Shown here one piece after another: positions 29,208 through 39,889 of a stretch of 64,000 nucleotides of DNA (positions are counted from its first letter, which is position 1; every line of letters starts with the position of its first letter). Source of the stretch: Candidatus Poribacteria bacterium. GTDB taxonomy: Bacteria > Poribacteria > WGA-4E > WGA-3G. The notes under the pieces are model-generated. The model ran no database searches. It had not been told where the DNA came from and saw nothing but the letters and a program-made list of their open reading frames with translations. The position numbers were made by a program, and so were the translations under genes. The DNA lies in the NCBI GenBank assembly GCA_963665235.2, contig CAXXLX010000001.1, forward strand, positions 3,712,001 to 3,776,000, read 5' to 3'.

Positions 29208-32207
29208 ATGAGGAAAACAAAAATTATGAGATTATTACGATATATACTATGCCTATTCACAATTTTGGCATTCCTTGCACTACCGGTAAGTGCGGATGTC
29301 GATTGGAAAGCACTTGATGTAGGAAATTTATCCTCTGCTATTTACAATACCGCAGTCGTTGGATTTCCCAGTAGTCCTACATCGAACCCCTCCGGATGGT
29401 GGCCTGCCGGAACAAATGACTCCTACATCTATGAAGGCGATATTTGGATCGGTGCCAAAAAAGGCGGGGAAATTGGCGTTTCTGAAGCAGATGGACGGCA
29501 CAGCGAAATTTGGCCGACCGACGACGTGCCGGAGGTCATTTCAAACAAACCCGGTGTGACAGCAAAAGGGACACCGACAAGTCAAACCATCATGTTCAAA
29601 TGCTCTGACACCAACCCCGCAGCAAACACGGGGTTAATCCTCGGGCTAGAACTTGAGGTCAACGGATATCAATGGAGTTATGCGCCACTTTACGATTTCT
29701 TTATCCTTGAGTACAACGTCAAAAACGTTGGAGAGGACACGCTTGAAGACCTATTTATGGCGTTCCGATACGACGTGGATATCTCCAGCAATGAAACCGG
29801 GACATCGAACTACTCCGCTGATGACTTCGTCGCCCTCGATCAGACTCCAGACGGGCTCAACCCTGACGCACACCCGAACCGTTATCTCTCTTACGGATTC
29901 TCCAACGCTTCCTCACCGGGTTACATCGGTTTGCGTGTTCTAGACGCATATCTCGGGGAGGATGAGGAAGATGCCGCGGCAAAAATCCCGTTCACAGCAC
30001 ATAAGCGGATTACGATTTCTACTGACCCAACCACTGATGCCGAGATGTACGCGCTAATCAGTACTCCTGGGGTTGAACCGCTTCCTGCAAACTATGACGA
30101 CCAACGTTTCATCCAATCTTATGGCCCGATTGAATCGTTCGCGCCCGGCGACTCCTTCAATATCATAATCACAGTCGCAATCGGCGAAGGCCTTTCAGGA
30201 TTGCAAGCGGCTTCGGATTGGGCCCAGAAATTGTACGACGACGATTACATTGCCCCAGCACCACCCCCCTCACCCCTTCTCGCAGCTTATCCAGCAGATG
30301 GACAGGTGTCGCTCGTCTGGGAGAGTGCCGAACGTTGGGTGGATGCGGGAGTCAATAAAAGCATTGAGGAATACATTGACCCAACCGACCCGGATAAAAT
30401 CTTTGAAGGATATCGGGTGTACAGACGGGATACCAGTTACAATCAGGACACCGGCACCCCTGTGGAAAGCTGGAAATTGCTAATGGAATTAGACAAACCG
30501 AGTGCCACAGGCAATTTCTTCACAGTGGCACACGTCGGCAAGCAGTCCGATGCTATCATTGAAAATGAGGGAGACGAGCCCTACTTCGCTGACTTCTTCA
30601 AAAACGCAACGTACGCCATTAAATTCAATTCAAGCACTAATTTTGAGGTGATTAACACAACGTTGTGGGAAGTTATGGCGTATAATGCCGAATTTCCAGC
30701 AAATGGCGGCGGGTACGTTGTCGTCAAAGATCCGGCCACAGGTGAAGCTTACCCGGATGGGACATACCGCTCTGGAGAACTCATCTATTTCGGTGGGCTC
30801 TACGTTAAAATTACCGATGGTCCCTCAGGGCCTCCGGTCGCAGGGGATATTTTCCGCGTCGTTTCCACACCATCAATTGCCCTCGGTGAGGATGTAGGTA
30901 TCAAGAATTTCTATACCGATGAAGGGCTAATTAATGGAACGCAATACACCTACGCGGTCACCTCTTACGATACAGGCAACCCGCAAAAGGGATTGCCCGC
31001 GATGGAGAGCAGTCAAATTGAAACGATGGTTCATGTTGTACCACGTCCTCACCCAGCAGGATACAAAGCACCTGTTGTTGAGGTCAAACAGGCCGACGCT
31101 GTAAACGTCACTGTTGAACCCATGGTGCTCGTACCAAGCGATATTACGGGAAATGAATATAAGATTGTCTGGTACGGCGCAAAACAGGTCGGACCCGCAG
31201 GATACATCACAGGCCCCGGCTATCAACCCCCCGGTTATGAAATCGTTGACACCGTAACGAATCAAACGGTAGTCGAAAGACAACCTTTCGCTTGGTATGA
31301 CCCTGCCAACCAGCAAGCTGTTGAAGTGCTCTCCCCGATGTTTGATGGCATCGTCTTGAAGCTAACAGGTGCTGATGTCTCCTACGGAACCCCAGCCGAA
31401 AACGGAATTAACGCCGTTAAATTGACAGCAGGCACAGTCACCGACTGGTCAGTGAAAATTGAATCCCCCGGCGTGGCTGATAACACCTGGCCAAACGTCT
31501 GGTGGTCCACCTATTATCGTCCGCATACCTACACTATCACGTTTACTGACGATACACACGTCAAAGTGGTAGACGAAGATACGGGGGAAGAGATAGCATT
31601 CAATGACCAACGGGCCGATGGATACGCTATCCTGACAGGGGCAGGTTGGAGCGATGAATACGTCCCAGCGGATACAGCAGGTTATTTCCGTATTTTCATT
31701 CGCGGTGCTTACGTGTACATTTTCGATCCGAACAGTGAAATCTCTGCTGGCGATGTATTTACTGTCGAAATGGGCGGTATTAGTGCACCACAAGATGGAG
31801 ACGAGCTGCTTTTGACAACTCAAGGCGCATCGCTTGATGCTGAAGACATCAAAGCGGAGCTCGAAAACATTCGCGTCGTGCCGAATCCTTACCTTGTCAC
31901 AAACAGAGCTGTAACCGAAGTAGGAACAGACAAAATCTTTTTCACACATCTCCCACCTCGATGCACAATCCGAATTTATACGCTGACAGGTGAATTGGTA
32001 CGCGAAATTGAGCATGAAAGTACTACCCCCTTTAATCCTGATGAACGGTTAGGACAAGGAGACAAAGGAAGCACAGCTGAATTCAATCTCCTTAACCGCT
32101 ATAATCAGGCAATAGCAAGTGGTGTGTACATCTATCATGTTGAAGCAGTAGATGAGAGCAAGACTGCCATCGGAAACAAAATCGGGCGGTTTGCAATCAT
32201 TAGATAA
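29208..32207 (+). CDS. Large secreted protein with FN3-like region and C-terminal Ig-like (T9SS-CTD/FlgD-like) domain
   Basis: Signal peptide (start 29208 or 29226); PAPPPSP..V.L.W, FEGYRVYR, D.GL.NG..Y.YAVT.YD; IRVVPNPY..FTHLP..CTIRIYT..GELVR..ASGVYIYHV. Confidence 0.8.
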   Translation: MRKTKIMRLLRYILCLFTILAFLALPVSADVDWKALDVGNLSSAIYNTAVVGFPSSPTSNPSGWWPAGTNDSYIYEGDIWIGAKKGGEIGVSEADGRHSEIWPTDDVPEVISNKPGVTAKGTPTSQTIMFKCSDTNPAANTGLILGLELEVNGYQWSYAPLYDFFILEYNVKNVGEDTLEDLFMAFRYDVDISSNETGTSNYSADDFVALDQTPDGLNPDAHPNRYLSYGFSNASSPGYIGLRVLDAYLGEDEEDAAAKIPFTAHKRITISTDPTTDAEMYALISTPGVEPLPANYDDQRFIQSYGPIESFAPGDSFNIIITVAIGEGLSGLQAASDWAQKLYDDDYIAPAPPPSPLLAAYPADGQVSLVWESAERWVDAGVNKSIEEYIDPTDPDKIFEGYRVYRRDTSYNQDTGTPVESWKLLMELDKPSATGNFFTVAHVGKQSDAIIENEGDEPYFADFFKNATYAIKFNSSTNFEVINTTLWEVMAYNAEFPANGGGYVVVKDPATGEAYPDGTYRSGELIYFGGLYVKITDGPSGPPVAGDIFRVVSTPSIALGEDVGIKNFYTDEGLINGTQYTYAVTSYDTGNPQKGLPAMESSQIETMVHVVPRPHPAGYKAPVVEVKQADAVNVTVEPMVLVPSDITGNEYKIVWYGAKQVGPAGYITGPGYQPPGYEIVDTVTNQTVVERQPFAWYDPANQQAVEVLSPMFDGIVLKLTGADVSYGTPAENGINAVKLTAGTVTDWSVKIESPGVADNTWPNVWWSTYYRPHTYTITFTDDTHVKVVDEDTGEEIAFNDQRADGYAILTGAGWSDEYVPADTAGYFRIFIRGAYVYIFDPNSEISAGDVFTVEMGGISAPQDGDELLLTTQGASLDAEDIKAELENIRVVPNPYLVTNRAVTEVGTDKIFFTHLPPRCTIRIYTLTGELVREIEHESTTPFNPDERLGQGDKGSTAEFNLLNRYNQAIASGVYIYHVEAVDESKTAIGNKIGRFAIIR

Positions 32208-32233
32208 AACGAACGCACTCGTAGGAAACAAAT

Positions 32234-33370
32234 ATGTATAATACTACTATTTTTGATGTGAATTTACAAAATGCTAGGACAGGGAAGAATATGCTGAACT
32301 GCTATCCTTACCGTCTTCTACTCCTACTCTTAGCGGCTGTCATGTTCTTCCCGGCACTCGCGGGGTATGCTACCACGAATGTCGGCACCGCCGGGGCACA
32401 ATTTCTCAAAATTGGACCGGGGGCGCGAGCGGACAGTTTAGGCGGCGCGTTCGGCGCAATCGCTAACGACGTTACCACAATCTATTGGAACCCAGCAGGG
32501 TTAAGTCAAATTGAAAGCACAAGCTTTTCAGATACGCATACGGTATGGCTTGCAGATACACGATATAACTATCTTGCGTTTGCCACACCCATCGAAAAGG
32601 TTGGCACCCTCGGTGCTAGCGTCACCTTTCTCAACGTGCCCGACACAGAAATCACAACCCTTGCCAAACCAGATGGCACCGGGCTGTGGTATTCAGCATG
32701 GGATACAGCCGTGTCTTTAGCCTATTCCAGACAACTCTATGAAAAGGACTCTGGGGCAAAACTCTCATTTGGCATTAATGCCAAATATATTCACCAGCAA
32801 ATTCATCGGGAAAGCGCAACAGGGTTCGCAATTGATGTCGGAACGTTATACCATACCGGCTGGCGGAGCTTACGTATCGGCATGGCTTTCTCAAACTTCG
32901 GTCCTGAAATGCGTTTCAGCGGGCCCGATTTGGAAACAGGCGGTAAAGAGGGGGGCGATGAAAGAAACGCCGAGTATCGACCCTATCCAGATACCACAAA
33001 TCCAGCCCGAAAAGCGGAGTTGCAAACCGTCGAATACCCGTTACCTGTCAATTTTCGACTTGGTATCGCCTATGATCTGATGGATACAGACATCAACCGA
33101 CTCACCCTCGCTCTTGATGGAAATCATCCGAATGACAATAGCGAACGACTCAACCTCGGATTAGAATACTGGTACAAAAAACGTGCAGCAATCCGGGCAG
33201 GCTATAAACTCCGCCTCGGCCCCGACCGTAGTGACGATGAAGAAGGTATCACCCTCGGCGCGGGGATACACTTAAAGATTCGTGAAATGCAAGTGTCTCT
33301 CGATTACGCTGTCGCCAATTTTCAATACCTACAACATGCACAGCGCGTCAGTTTGGGACTAACGTTCTAA
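32234..33370 (+). CDS. PorV/PorQ-family outer-membrane beta-barrel (start may be 32291)
   Basis: GTAGAQFLKIGPGARA.SLGGAF, YWNPAGL, DVGTLY, LP..FR.G; C-terminal Phe. Confidence 0.85.
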   Translation: MYNTTIFDVNLQNARTGKNMLNCYPYRLLLLLLAAVMFFPALAGYATTNVGTAGAQFLKIGPGARADSLGGAFGAIANDVTTIYWNPAGLSQIESTSFSDTHTVWLADTRYNYLAFATPIEKVGTLGASVTFLNVPDTEITTLAKPDGTGLWYSAWDTAVSLAYSRQLYEKDSGAKLSFGINAKYIHQQIHRESATGFAIDVGTLYHTGWRSLRIGMAFSNFGPEMRFSGPDLETGGKEGGDERNAEYRPYPDTTNPARKAELQTVEYPLPVNFRLGIAYDLMDTDINRLTLALDGNHPNDNSERLNLGLEYWYKKRAAIRAGYKLRLGPDRSDDEEGITLGAGIHLKIREMQVSLDYAVANFQYLQHAQRVSLGLTF

Positions 33371-33408
33371 GAAACGTAACAACGAAAAAATCTATAGGAG
33401 GGTATTTC

Positions 33409-33633
33409 ATGGAAACCCATACCTTTACGGCGAGCATCTCCCAGGAAGGCAATTGGTTCGTTGCAAAATGTTTGGAGGTAGATATTGCCAGCCAAGGGAA
33501 AAGTGAAGACGAAGCGATTGACAATCTCAGAGGGGCGTTAGAACTCTATTTCGAGCTACCCCGTCCAGTAACCATGCCGAAGCTACGCAAATTTGAGGCT
33601 GAAATATTAGCCCACGAACCCGCTTCGTTTTAA
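33409..33633 (+). CDS. hicB: HicB-family antitoxin (no intact hicA adjacent)
   Basis: QEG.WFVA.CLE.DIASQG.SE.EAI.NL..ALELYFE. Confidence 0.85.
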   Translation: METHTFTASISQEGNWFVAKCLEVDIASQGKSEDEAIDNLRGALELYFELPRPVTMPKLRKFEAEILAHEPASF

Positions 33634-33681
33634 ACGCACGGGGCCGCTTTTGTAGTTGCGGAAGGCAACTTAGGATAGAAT

Positions 33682-33790
33682 AACGTGAGTTTGGAAAAAG
33701 TTTTCTTTAGTCCAGTATGGACGATATGTTTATAGAAGCACACAACCCCACAACTCTTAGCCCAGTATGGGCGGTATGTTTATAGCATTA
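33682..33790 (+). repeat. AACGTGAGTTT end followed by two hairpin-TTTATAG repeats
   Basis: GTCCA-GTA-TGGAC (33708) and GCCCA-GTA-TGGGC (33758), period 50 bp. Confidence 0.8.
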
Positions 33791-33896
33791 TGGTTGTTGG
33801 AAACCTATAGCAAGAGGAAAAGAACTCTGAAGCGCGTCAGAGACCTCTTTCTCTTGCCAACGGTTTCCAATAGTCGAATACGAAAAGGAGCTAGAC

Positions 33897-34949
33897 ATGC
33901 AAACAGCGAATGAAGGACGAACTCACAATTTTGAACCGTTCCGTGTCGGATTTCTGAACGTTTCATCTTACTCACACATGCCGTTGTGGGCCCCAAACAT
34001 CAACCCACGCCCCGGCCAGCAGGATACACCGTTCACCGGAATGCGAATCACCCATTGCTGGGATATTGAATATGAGAAAGCAGAAGGGGTCGCCGCACTC
34101 TACGGCTGCGAAGTTGTCAAGAACTTTGATGACATGTTAGGAAAAGTAGATGGCATCATATCAGGCGGATACTATAACCACCCTTGGAACCATATCCTCC
34201 ATGAACCTTATATTGAGGCGGGGTTGCCGAATTTGATTAACCGTCCGTTTACAAATTCCCTCGCCAAAGCGCGGAAAATGATTGACCTCGCACAAAAACA
34301 CGGCGCGACTCTCATCGTCCCCTCAAGTCATGAGCATAACGACGCTATCTCACGAGCGAAGGCATGGGCAACCGATAAACAAATTGTCTGTTACACAGCA
34401 ACCAATTCGTTCGACGACTATCCCACACACGGCATCCACGGGGTTTATATGGTCTGCAAAGCAATTGCTGAAGCGGGAAATCCGGTCGTGTCCGTTGCGT
34501 ATCAAGCGGACAGCTGGCATAGTCCCCCCGGGGTAATAACCTTTGAACACCTCAATAGCGGTGGACATCAATTCTACGGGACACTTCATCAGGTGAGCGG
34601 TTCATGGGGCACGGTACAGATTCATACGCAGGCTGCTTACGGTGGCGAGAACTTTAGAATTCACACAGGCACAGGCTATCCTTTCGATAAGACAGAAATC
34701 TGGATGCCGACGATTTGGGCATTCCAGAACATGGCACTGCACGACGATATGTCACAAACCTTTGAGCAGATTTGGCATAAGACGAACGTCTTTCTTGCGG
34801 GATGGAAATCAATTTTAGAAAACGGTGGTAATCCTGTGAAATTGATAGATGTTCCCGAAGACTGGGAGTCACCTGCCGAACTACCGAATCACCCCGAGCA
34901 CGATACGGTATCCCTGTTTCGGAAAAGGTTTGGGGACGGTTCAGTATAA
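33897..34949 (+). CDS. Divergent Gfo/Idh/MocA-like oxidoreductase
   Basis: ITHCWD, DMLGKVDG, PY.EAGLP.LINRPF, HGIHG. Confidence 0.7.
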   Translation: MQTANEGRTHNFEPFRVGFLNVSSYSHMPLWAPNINPRPGQQDTPFTGMRITHCWDIEYEKAEGVAALYGCEVVKNFDDMLGKVDGIISGGYYNHPWNHILHEPYIEAGLPNLINRPFTNSLAKARKMIDLAQKHGATLIVPSSHEHNDAISRAKAWATDKQIVCYTATNSFDDYPTHGIHGVYMVCKAIAEAGNPVVSVAYQADSWHSPPGVITFEHLNSGGHQFYGTLHQVSGSWGTVQIHTQAAYGGENFRIHTGTGYPFDKTEIWMPTIWAFQNMALHDDMSQTFEQIWHKTNVFLAGWKSILENGGNPVKLIDVPEDWESPAELPNHPEHDTVSLFRKRFGDGSV

Positions 34950-35042
34950 ATAACTTAATTTGATGGCGTAGTTGATGCGGTCTAGGCACTAAGGGCCCAC
35001 AACGGGTTCTTGTGAGCGTGTTTCGAGCTGCCGCTGCAACGT

Positions 35043-35417
35043 TTAGATCTGTTTTCGCATCACTTCCATCTGTTTGTTCTGGGCTTCAATCTTTTCATCT
35101 TGGGCGCGCACGTCTTTCCGCTGTAATGCAACGAGGATTTGGGGAATTCCAACGACAACTACAATGAACGCGATTAAAGCGATTACCAGGGCAAAAATCT
35201 GGTTCAAACGTTTGTCCATCTCCGAAATTGTGACATTGACGGTTTTAATTTCCTGAGAGACATAATCCTTTATCCTTGTCTCGGATGCCGCAACTGCCGA
35301 CTCAACTTCCTCTTTGACCATCAAACGAAGATTGTTAATATCTGTTGGAGTGAGGTCGCTAAACGCAGGCGCGATAAAGAGAAAAGGTACTGCGATCAAA
35401 ATCATGATTAATTTCAT
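35043..35417 (-). CDS. Hypothetical protein (signal peptide, coiled coil, one TM), possibly truncated by a premature stop
   Basis: AAGGAG SD; frame continues TLQRQLETRSQEPVVGP* after the TAA. Confidence 0.6.
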   Translation of the reverse strand: MKLIMILIAVPFLFIAPAFSDLTPTDINNLRLMVKEEVESAVAASETRIKDYVSQEIKTVNVTISEMDKRLNQIFALVIALIAFIVVVVGIPQILVALQRKDVRAQDEKIEAQNKQMEVMRKQI

Positions 35418-35610
35418 CTTTCTCTCCTTTAAGGTGATAATTGTTTCCCTATTTTTCCCAAGAATCCTCAAGTAGCGTTTACCATGATTTGGTATTGTGG
35501 TGTTTTCACAATACAATTCTAACAAATATTGATGATAAATGCAATCCGAAAATGTGAGAGTCTACGTCCTTAAGCACAGCACAACATCTTACAAAAAGTT
35601 GGGGGAGCTG

Positions 35611-36501
35611 CTATTTAGCCGCAAATTCCCGATTCCAGTCATGATGCGATTTCGCGACGCGCTCCGGATTTTTTCGGCTGCGAGCGATAAACCCCGGCAC
35701 ATGCGCACGCCCGGTCGGCAACCCAATTTGACTGTAGCGCGTATCAACGCTCCAACGCACCGTGCGTCCACGGTTCGGCAGCCCACGGTGAACAACCCGT
35801 TCACTCGTCAGCAAAAAATCCCCGACATCAAGCTCGGCAGTAACAATATCACCGGGGGGTAATTCTGTTTCACTGATACCCAAACTGCCAGTATGACCGG
35901 GGGTCTGCACCTGCGGACTATGTTTAATAAGGTTGAAACGGTGTGAGCCCCGGATGACTTGCATACACCCGCTTTCCTCGGTCGCTTTAACCAGTGGAAT
36001 CCAGACGTTTACAACGAGCGTCCTGCCAGCCTCTTCGGGGATAAGATATGCCAAATCCTGGTGCCATGGGATAACGGTAATATCCTGATTAGGCAATTTG
36101 GCGCGATAATTAAACTGCGGGTGCGCGAAAATCTCCTCACCGATAAGCGATGCCACAGTGTCCAACAGTGCGGGGGCAGTTCTGAGCGTGAACATGCCAG
36201 CAGTTCGGATTTTCTGGTCCCGAAAAGCGTGCCGCCAAATCCAGTTCCGGTCAGAACACGCCTCGGATACCATCGCCAACCGTGTTTCAAACGGTTCAGC
36301 ATCGTATGTTTTCGAGGGGTCAAGGATGCCGTGTTCAACCGCAGCTCGCGTACCATCGTCAACCCGTTGCGTGAGTTCATCAATTAGGGGTTGCAGTGCC
36401 TGATTTGGGAGCAGGTTTCGGACGAACAGAAAACCGTCGTCATGAAATTGCTGCTGTTGTTGCGGGGTAAGTGCTGTTTCCGAATTGTGTTGTGTAGCCA
36501 T
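35611..36501 (-). CDS. Phytanoyl-CoA dioxygenase (PhyH) family
   Basis: QFHDDGFL, PWHQD, WIPL, GSH, VHRG.PN...RWS.D.R. Confidence 0.9.
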   Translation of the reverse strand: MATQHNSETALTPQQQQQFHDDGFLFVRNLLPNQALQPLIDELTQRVDDGTRAAVEHGILDPSKTYDAEPFETRLAMVSEACSDRNWIWRHAFRDQKIRTAGMFTLRTAPALLDTVASLIGEEIFAHPQFNYRAKLPNQDITVIPWHQDLAYLIPEEAGRTLVVNVWIPLVKATEESGCMQVIRGSHRFNLIKHSPQVQTPGHTGSLGISETELPPGDIVTAELDVGDFLLTSERVVHRGLPNRGRTVRWSVDTRYSQIGLPTGRAHVPGFIARSRKNPERVAKSHHDWNREFAAK

Positions 36502-36523
36502 TGTGTCCCTCCATCGCGTGCCT

Positions 36524-37267
36524 TTACAAAATAGGTGTGAGTAGAGAAGCTGAGCCCGCGTCCAAGAACACCGAGCAGTCCGGGTGATTTTGCAAAATAG
36601 AGGCGGGATGCATCGGTGTTATCTCACCTGTCAAGCAGTTTTTGACAGCCGCCGCCTTTCGTTCATCGGGGACCGTGCAAATAATCGCCTTTGCCTTCAT
36701 AATCTGCTGGATGGACATAGAGATAGCATGCGTCGGCACCTCAGCTAATCCGCTGAACCATCCTTCGCCGACCTGTTGTAACCGACAGGCTTCATCTAAT
36801 TCAACAACGATATAGGATGCGTCAGTTTCAAAATCGGCGGGTGGGTCGTTGAAAGCGAGGTGTCCATTTTCGCCTATGCCGACAAACGCCACATCAATCG
36901 GATGTTGCGCGATAATCCGATTTAACCGTTCGCATTCGGCTTGCGGGTCGTCCGTTTCACCTCTCAAAAAATGCACCGTCCCCGGTTGTACGACATCCAC
37001 CAATCGCTCCTGTAAATATTTGCGAAAGCTAGCGGGATGTGTCTCTGAAAGTCCGATGTACTCGTCCAGATGGAACATTGTCGTTTTTGCCCAGTCAATA
37101 GCGGTGTCAGCGGTAAGTGCATTGAGAAAATCGAATTGCGATGCCCCCGTTGCAACAATGAAATTGGCGTGCCCGTTTGCGGAGATAGCCTCTCGGAGTT
37201 TTACGCTTGCAGCATGTGCTGCAGCTTCACTGGTTTCCTGCTTTGTTGCTGCTTTATAAATATTCAT
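36524..37267 (-). CDS. nagB: Glucosamine-6-phosphate deaminase
   Basis: [33 protein letters not shown]. Confidence 0.85.
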   Translation of the reverse strand: MNIYKAATKQETSEAAAHAASVKLREAISANGHANFIVATGASQFDFLNALTADTAIDWAKTTMFHLDEYIGLSETHPASFRKYLQERLVDVVQPGTVHFLRGETDDPQAECERLNRIIAQHPIDVAFVGIGENGHLAFNDPPADFETDASYIVVELDEACRLQQVGEGWFSGLAEVPTHAISMSIQQIMKAKAIICTVPDERKAAAVKNCLTGEITPMHPASILQNHPDCSVFLDAGSASLLTPIL

Positions 37268-37908
37268 GTGCTTAAGATCTTTGCAAAATCCCGTTTCCAA
37301 CTCGGTGTGAGGGCGGGTAGTTTTCGTGCTTGTGTAATTTTGTCGCGGTTCGTTCTATCGAAATAACGTAGGTTAATTATGTCTGTAACGCTCATCCGTT
37401 CAGGTGAAACCTCAACACGTTCAATTGCATCGCCGGCGGTGATTTTTCCTTCGGCAAGCACTCGGAAGTAGAAACCGACGCGTCTGCTCTCCAAAAACTG
37501 TTTCGGAAATTCGGGCAGTCCCATTTTATGTCCCAATTTGAAACAAGGTATACGCGGTTGTGTGATTTGAAGTTTCACTGTCGTGCCTACCTGAAAGACA
37601 TCCCCTATATGAACTTCGTGCTCTAGCATACCTTCAACGGTGAGGTTTTCGCCAAATTGTCCGGGGGTCAAATCATCTCTATCCAATTCCTGCTGCCAGT
37701 AGGTGTAATGTTCGCCCGGATAGCCGTAGACAGCTTTATAGGTACCGCCATGCACCTTTAGGTCACCCTGTCCATCGCCATCAATGTTGTGCTCTCTGAG
37801 CATAACGGTGCCTGATACCGGGAGCTTGAAAATCCCGGTTTGGATAGTTTTTCCTTCGTGTTGAATCGGTTTCGGTTTCGAGACGTTTATAGATAAGAGC
37901 TTCATCAT
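37264..37908 (-). CDS. MOSC-domain protein (YiiM-like)
   Basis: TGIFK, GDGQGD..HGG..KAV, FGENL, QPRIPC.KL, GFY.RVL..G. Confidence 0.9.
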   Translation of the reverse strand: MMKLLSINVSKPKPIQHEGKTIQTGIFKLPVSGTVMLREHNIDGDGQGDLKVHGGTYKAVYGYPGEHYTYWQQELDRDDLTPGQFGENLTVEGMLEHEVHIGDVFQVGTTVKLQITQPRIPCFKLGHKMGLPEFPKQFLESRRVGFYFRVLAEGKITAGDAIERVEVSPERMSVTDIINLRYFDRTNRDKITQARKLPALTPSWKRDFAKILST

Positions 37909-37930
37909 GACTTTTCTAGCTTTACACCCC

Positions 37931-38359
37931 CTATATATTTTCCCAGTCTATGTCCGCAAGCGTCTCTGCTATGACAGCTTGTTCATGAATCGCATCAAGC
38001 CGAGATAAACTACGTATCGCATTGATTTTGCGGACAAGGCTATCAGGAACATCGTCAAAGCGCAGCTCAAGAACTCTCAGGGTATTCTTCCGTTGCACAC
38101 GCATCTCCCCGCGTCTTTCACCGCGTCTTTCACCGCGTGCCTCCCCTTGTTGGAAAGACTGTTCAATTATGGATTGTGGCATCTCTCTTGCCTCCTTTAG
38201 TTGGTTGCAATCAATCCGTGCGACGATATTTTCATCGGCAATCTCCAAAAGCCCTTTCACGTTATCGGGCTCTTCAAGGAGCTGTCGGATGCTTCTATCT
38301 GCAAATTGTGCAATCGGGACATTGTAGTAAGAGAACGTATCCGTTTCGCTATTTTTCAT
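37931..38359 (-). CDS. Rpn-derived protein lacking the nuclease core
   Basis: Rpn-like N-terminus (FADRSIR.LL) joined directly to a QQGEARGERRGE/DUF4351-like tail; AAGGAGG-ATG at 38182. Confidence 0.65.
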   Translation of the reverse strand: MKNSETDTFSYYNVPIAQFADRSIRQLLEEPDNVKGLLEIADENIVARIDCNQLKEAREMPQSIIEQSFQQGEARGERRGERRGEMRVQRKNTLRVLELRFDDVPDSLVRKINAIRSLSRLDAIHEQAVIAETLADIDWENI

Positions 38360-38484
38360 AGTTCCCACCTTTGTAAGTAAGTTTGGTTCCAGATGTTTTA
38401 ATCATTATAACAAAATTCACATCATAAGTCAAATATAACCAAGGGAAATCCGAGTGCGTAAAATTTTTGTCCAAATACTCTTCT

Positions 38485-38920
38485 GTAGGAATGTGCTGGG
38501 CACGCGAGACTCTTCCGTAGGAGCGTGCTGGGCACGCGATTTTCTAAGGCAACTTGTGGGAAACAGTAAGCTCTTAGCCCCAGCGGGGCGGTATGTTTAT
38601 AGCGTCACACAACCCCCCTCTCTTAGCCCCAGCGGGGCGGTATGTTTATAGAAGCAGGGGTATCTGCCTCTCCCCAAATAGGACAACCCTAAGCAAAAAA
38701 CCTCGATTGTTACGCAGTTTAAAATCCGCGAAATCCGTGTAATCCGCGATTCCGACACACACAACACCACTTAATCCCAACACCTTGATGCCCATACATT
38801 GGACACTCCGTGCCTTCCGTGTCCTCTGTGTCCTCCGCGATTCTGACAACACACGCGAAATCCATCTTTCCACTCTTCCACTCTTCCACTCTTCCACCCT
38901 TCCACCCTTCCACCCTTCCC
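38485..38920. repeat. Mosaic of repeats
   Basis: Two GTAG-REPs (38485, 38517); two hairpin-TTTATAG units (38575, 38624); 9-bp TCCGCG/TCCGTG repeats; 8-bp TTCCAC(T/C)C tandem. Confidence 0.8.
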
Positions 38921-39026
38921 TCTATCATAGTCCAAAAACTTTACACACCCGAAATTCCCACGCGATTTGCGAAAATCCGGTATTTCTGATAAAATATCAT
39001 ACAATTGACAACTAAGGAGAAATAGT

Positions 39027-39881
39027 ATGACGAACAGTCCAATTCTCAAAGGCGAACCCTTCAGCCCCGAGAAAACAGCACAGATAGCACAACAATTTTT
39101 CCAAGATGGATTTGTCCATATTCCAGGGGTGTTGACGAACGCAGAGGTTATCGCGCTTCGCGAGAAAACCGATGAACTCTTCGCTGACCCACAGTTAGCA
39201 GACAGAACAAATCCAGACTTGGCAGATGTCCGGTATATCCAAATGACAACACACCCAGAATCGGGTGAACAACTCCCGTTTATTTTGCGGAATACCATTG
39301 AACTCGATCCGCTCTTTCGGGATATGCTGCTTCGTGAACCGATTTTGAGTTTGGCAGAGGCGATAGTCGGTAAGAATTGCAAATTTTGTGGACAGAATGT
39401 CCTCCGAAATCTGCCCGGCCTCTCCATTAGCAATTGGCACGTAGACGGTTCGGTGCATTTTCCTGTGACCGATGAAATGCCACGGCACGACCCACGTTTA
39501 CGGATGCCTGTGATGTGGTTCACAGTTCAGATGGCATTGACCGATATCGATTCAATTGCGGAGGGGCCGACACAATATGTACGCAGGAGTCATTATTCCG
39601 GTAGGCACCCGAACGAGCAGGAAAATCCGGAATTTGAGGGAAATAAGCCGGTCTCTATTTTATGCAAAGCGGGTGATATCTATTTACAAGACCCGCAGTG
39701 TTGGCACCGCGGTGCCCCGAACCTTTCCAACAAAACCCGTTATATTTTGCAGTCACAATATGCGGCGTATTGGGCGTATTGGCGGTTTAGTCTCTGTAAC
39801 AGCGTGCCTGTCCCAAACGACGCGCTTGAAAATGCAAGTGAGCGGTTGCTGACTCTGTTGGGACGTAGTAGACCAAATTAA
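39027..39881 (+). CDS. Phytanoyl-CoA dioxygenase (PhyH) family
   Basis: FFQDGFV, WHVD, GPT..V..SH, WHRGAPN. Confidence 0.9.
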   Translation: MTNSPILKGEPFSPEKTAQIAQQFFQDGFVHIPGVLTNAEVIALREKTDELFADPQLADRTNPDLADVRYIQMTTHPESGEQLPFILRNTIELDPLFRDMLLREPILSLAEAIVGKNCKFCGQNVLRNLPGLSISNWHVDGSVHFPVTDEMPRHDPRLRMPVMWFTVQMALTDIDSIAEGPTQYVRRSHYSGRHPNEQENPEFEGNKPVSILCKAGDIYLQDPQCWHRGAPNLSNKTRYILQSQYAAYWAYWRFSLCNSVPVPNDALENASERLLTLLGRSRPN

Positions 39882-39889
39882 GGATAAAC

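Noticed and set aside
38454-39015. Short ORFs in repeat mosaics (also 168-434, 5566-6291, 24797-25288, 52428-52896)
   Set aside because: They translate low-complexity or palindromic repeats and have no SD or domain signal
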